DNA of 32,000 nucleotides from Nitrosospira multiformis ATCC 25196 (GTDB lineage Bacteria; Pseudomonadota; Gammaproteobacteria; Burkholderiales; Nitrosomonadaceae): NCBI RefSeq assembly GCF_000196355.1, contig NC_007614.1, positions 3,030,001 to 3,062,000 of the forward strand, read 5' to 3'. Shown piece by piece: positions 30,992 to 32,000 of this stretch (position 1 is its first letter; each line of letters starts with the position of its first letter). The notes under the pieces were generated by a model. It saw only the letters and a program-made list of their open reading frames with translations, ran no database searches and was not told where the DNA came from. The position numbers and the translations under genes were made by a program.

Positions 30992-32000
30992 TATATTCTC
31001 CTTCTTTCTGTATATTTCATCTTTAATGCCCAGTTAAATCGTGGAATATCGGCCGACAGGGAGCCCGGGGTGCATGCGATGATCCTGAAAATCTGTTCTA
31101 TTTTCCGGAGTGCATGAGAATCCGGTCAGGAACACAGACAATCCCGCTGAAACGTTCACACAGCCGCGATGCGTTCGAAACCATTCAACCCACCTTATTC
31201 CGCTCGGGGATCGACGTACTCGACATGCATCAGAATATCCTACGGTCGATACCATCAAAAAAAGATAAAGAAAATATCGAATAGCCGACCTGCAATCCCC
31301 ACGCCTTTTACCTCTGACCCCGCACTTTTCATCTCTTGTCGTGGCCTATCATGCGGTTGTATGCAGGCGAAAAAAGCAGTATTTCCAAACTTCTTTCGCG
31401 ACCATTGAACAGCTGACTTGAACCGTTCCACCCCTCTTGCCGGAAATAAACCTTTCCGATCCCACACCGACAATATCATACCTGCAATACCCATACTTGC
31501 TACGCTGGTATGCATATTGATTACTGCGTGAGGGCTGGAGTATGCTGGATGAAGAGTTCGATGTCAAGCACGACATATAGCCGGCTCAAATCCGTAACCA
31601 TAGGAAATGTAGGGTTAAATTCTCTCGAAAGAGGTCACGGGCAATGCGGTTTCAATCCCTGCAGGAGTCTTTCCGAGGCTAGAGGGAGCGCCCTTTCCAT
31701 CTTTCAGGCGGGCCCACCAAACAGGTACTTTTCCACCCACTGCAGCAGATGGGGAGGCAGATGAGTCCGTCTCCATTCACGTAGCGCATATTGCCGGCCT
31801 CCGGCCAGATCGAATAAGTATAAAGGGCGGTCAGCATCCTGTTCAAACCCGGGCCTGTTTCATTGCCAGCACGAATTCCGCCAGCAGGGCGCGAGCGCGT
31901 TTGGGTACGATGGTTACTCCCGGAACGATCCTTACATGGTAGACATCATTTGCCCGTTCGATACCGGGATTTGGCTAGAAATCTGGTTGATGCGGATGAA

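Noticed and set aside
31243-31258. FNR/NnrR-like half-site (tcgat-acc-atcaa) upstream of norS
   Set aside because: The spacing between the half-sites is 3 nt rather than 4, and the left half is imperfect. It does not fit TTGAT-N4-ATCAA.
31640-31680. CRISPR-repeat-like string gtttcaatccctgcaggagtctttccgagg
   Set aside because: It occurs only once in the window, with no spacer-repeat periodicity and no cas genes.
31843-32000. Short minus-strand reading frames at the window edge ('...GIERANDVYHVRIVPGVTIVPKRARALLAEFVLAMKQARV*' and '...FIRINQISSQIPVSNGQMMSTM*'), and a possible plus-strand start 'MVDIICPFDTGIW...'
   Set aside because: The frames are broken by stops, too short to assign, and I recognise no family motif. 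They could be debris of a small TA-like or mobile-element gene, or the start of a gene beyond the window.

Overview
This window looks like chromosomal DNA from a betaproteobacterial ammonia oxidiser of the Nitrosospira/Nitrosomonas type. That is an inference from gene content and roughly mid-50s %GC judged by eye. It has three parts.

(1) Positions 1-13333 are an accessory-looking block.
- It starts with the tail of an AI-2E transporter gene, csbD, a NUDIX hydrolase and a CapK/PaaK-like adenylate-forming enzyme.
- Next is a single 1,711-aa ORF (3581-8716, minus strand) that appears to fuse three modules: a MACPF/perforin module, a Tc-toxin-A-like helical plus beta-sandwich module, and a P47/TULIP-like C-terminus.
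- It is followed by a decaying array of HAF-repeat PEP-CTERM protein genes: one remnant, one intact gene, and one without a canonical start codon. An IS5-family (IS427-like) element sits inside this array.
- The block ends with a wrecked tyrosine-integrase fragment abutting the 3' end of tRNA-Phe(GAA). This is the classic signature of an old genomic island.

(2) Positions 13677-21249 are housekeeping genes: ribF-ileS-lspA, a PduO-type corrinoid adenosyltransferase, an RhlE-like DEAD-box helicase and an unknown membrane protein.

(3) Positions 21532-30991 hold nine co-oriented minus-strand genes for nitrogen-oxide metabolism. The order is norS-norY-senC-orf1 (sNOR-type heme-copper oxidase cluster), an FNT (NirC/FocA-like) channel, then haoA-haoB and cycA-cycB (hydroxylamine oxidoreductase, cytochromes c554 and cM552).

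I saw no rRNA genes and no CRISPR array. The candidate for something new is the orphan giant MACPF/TcA-like/P47-like gene and its island context. All homology statements rest on motif recognition by eye, not on searches.
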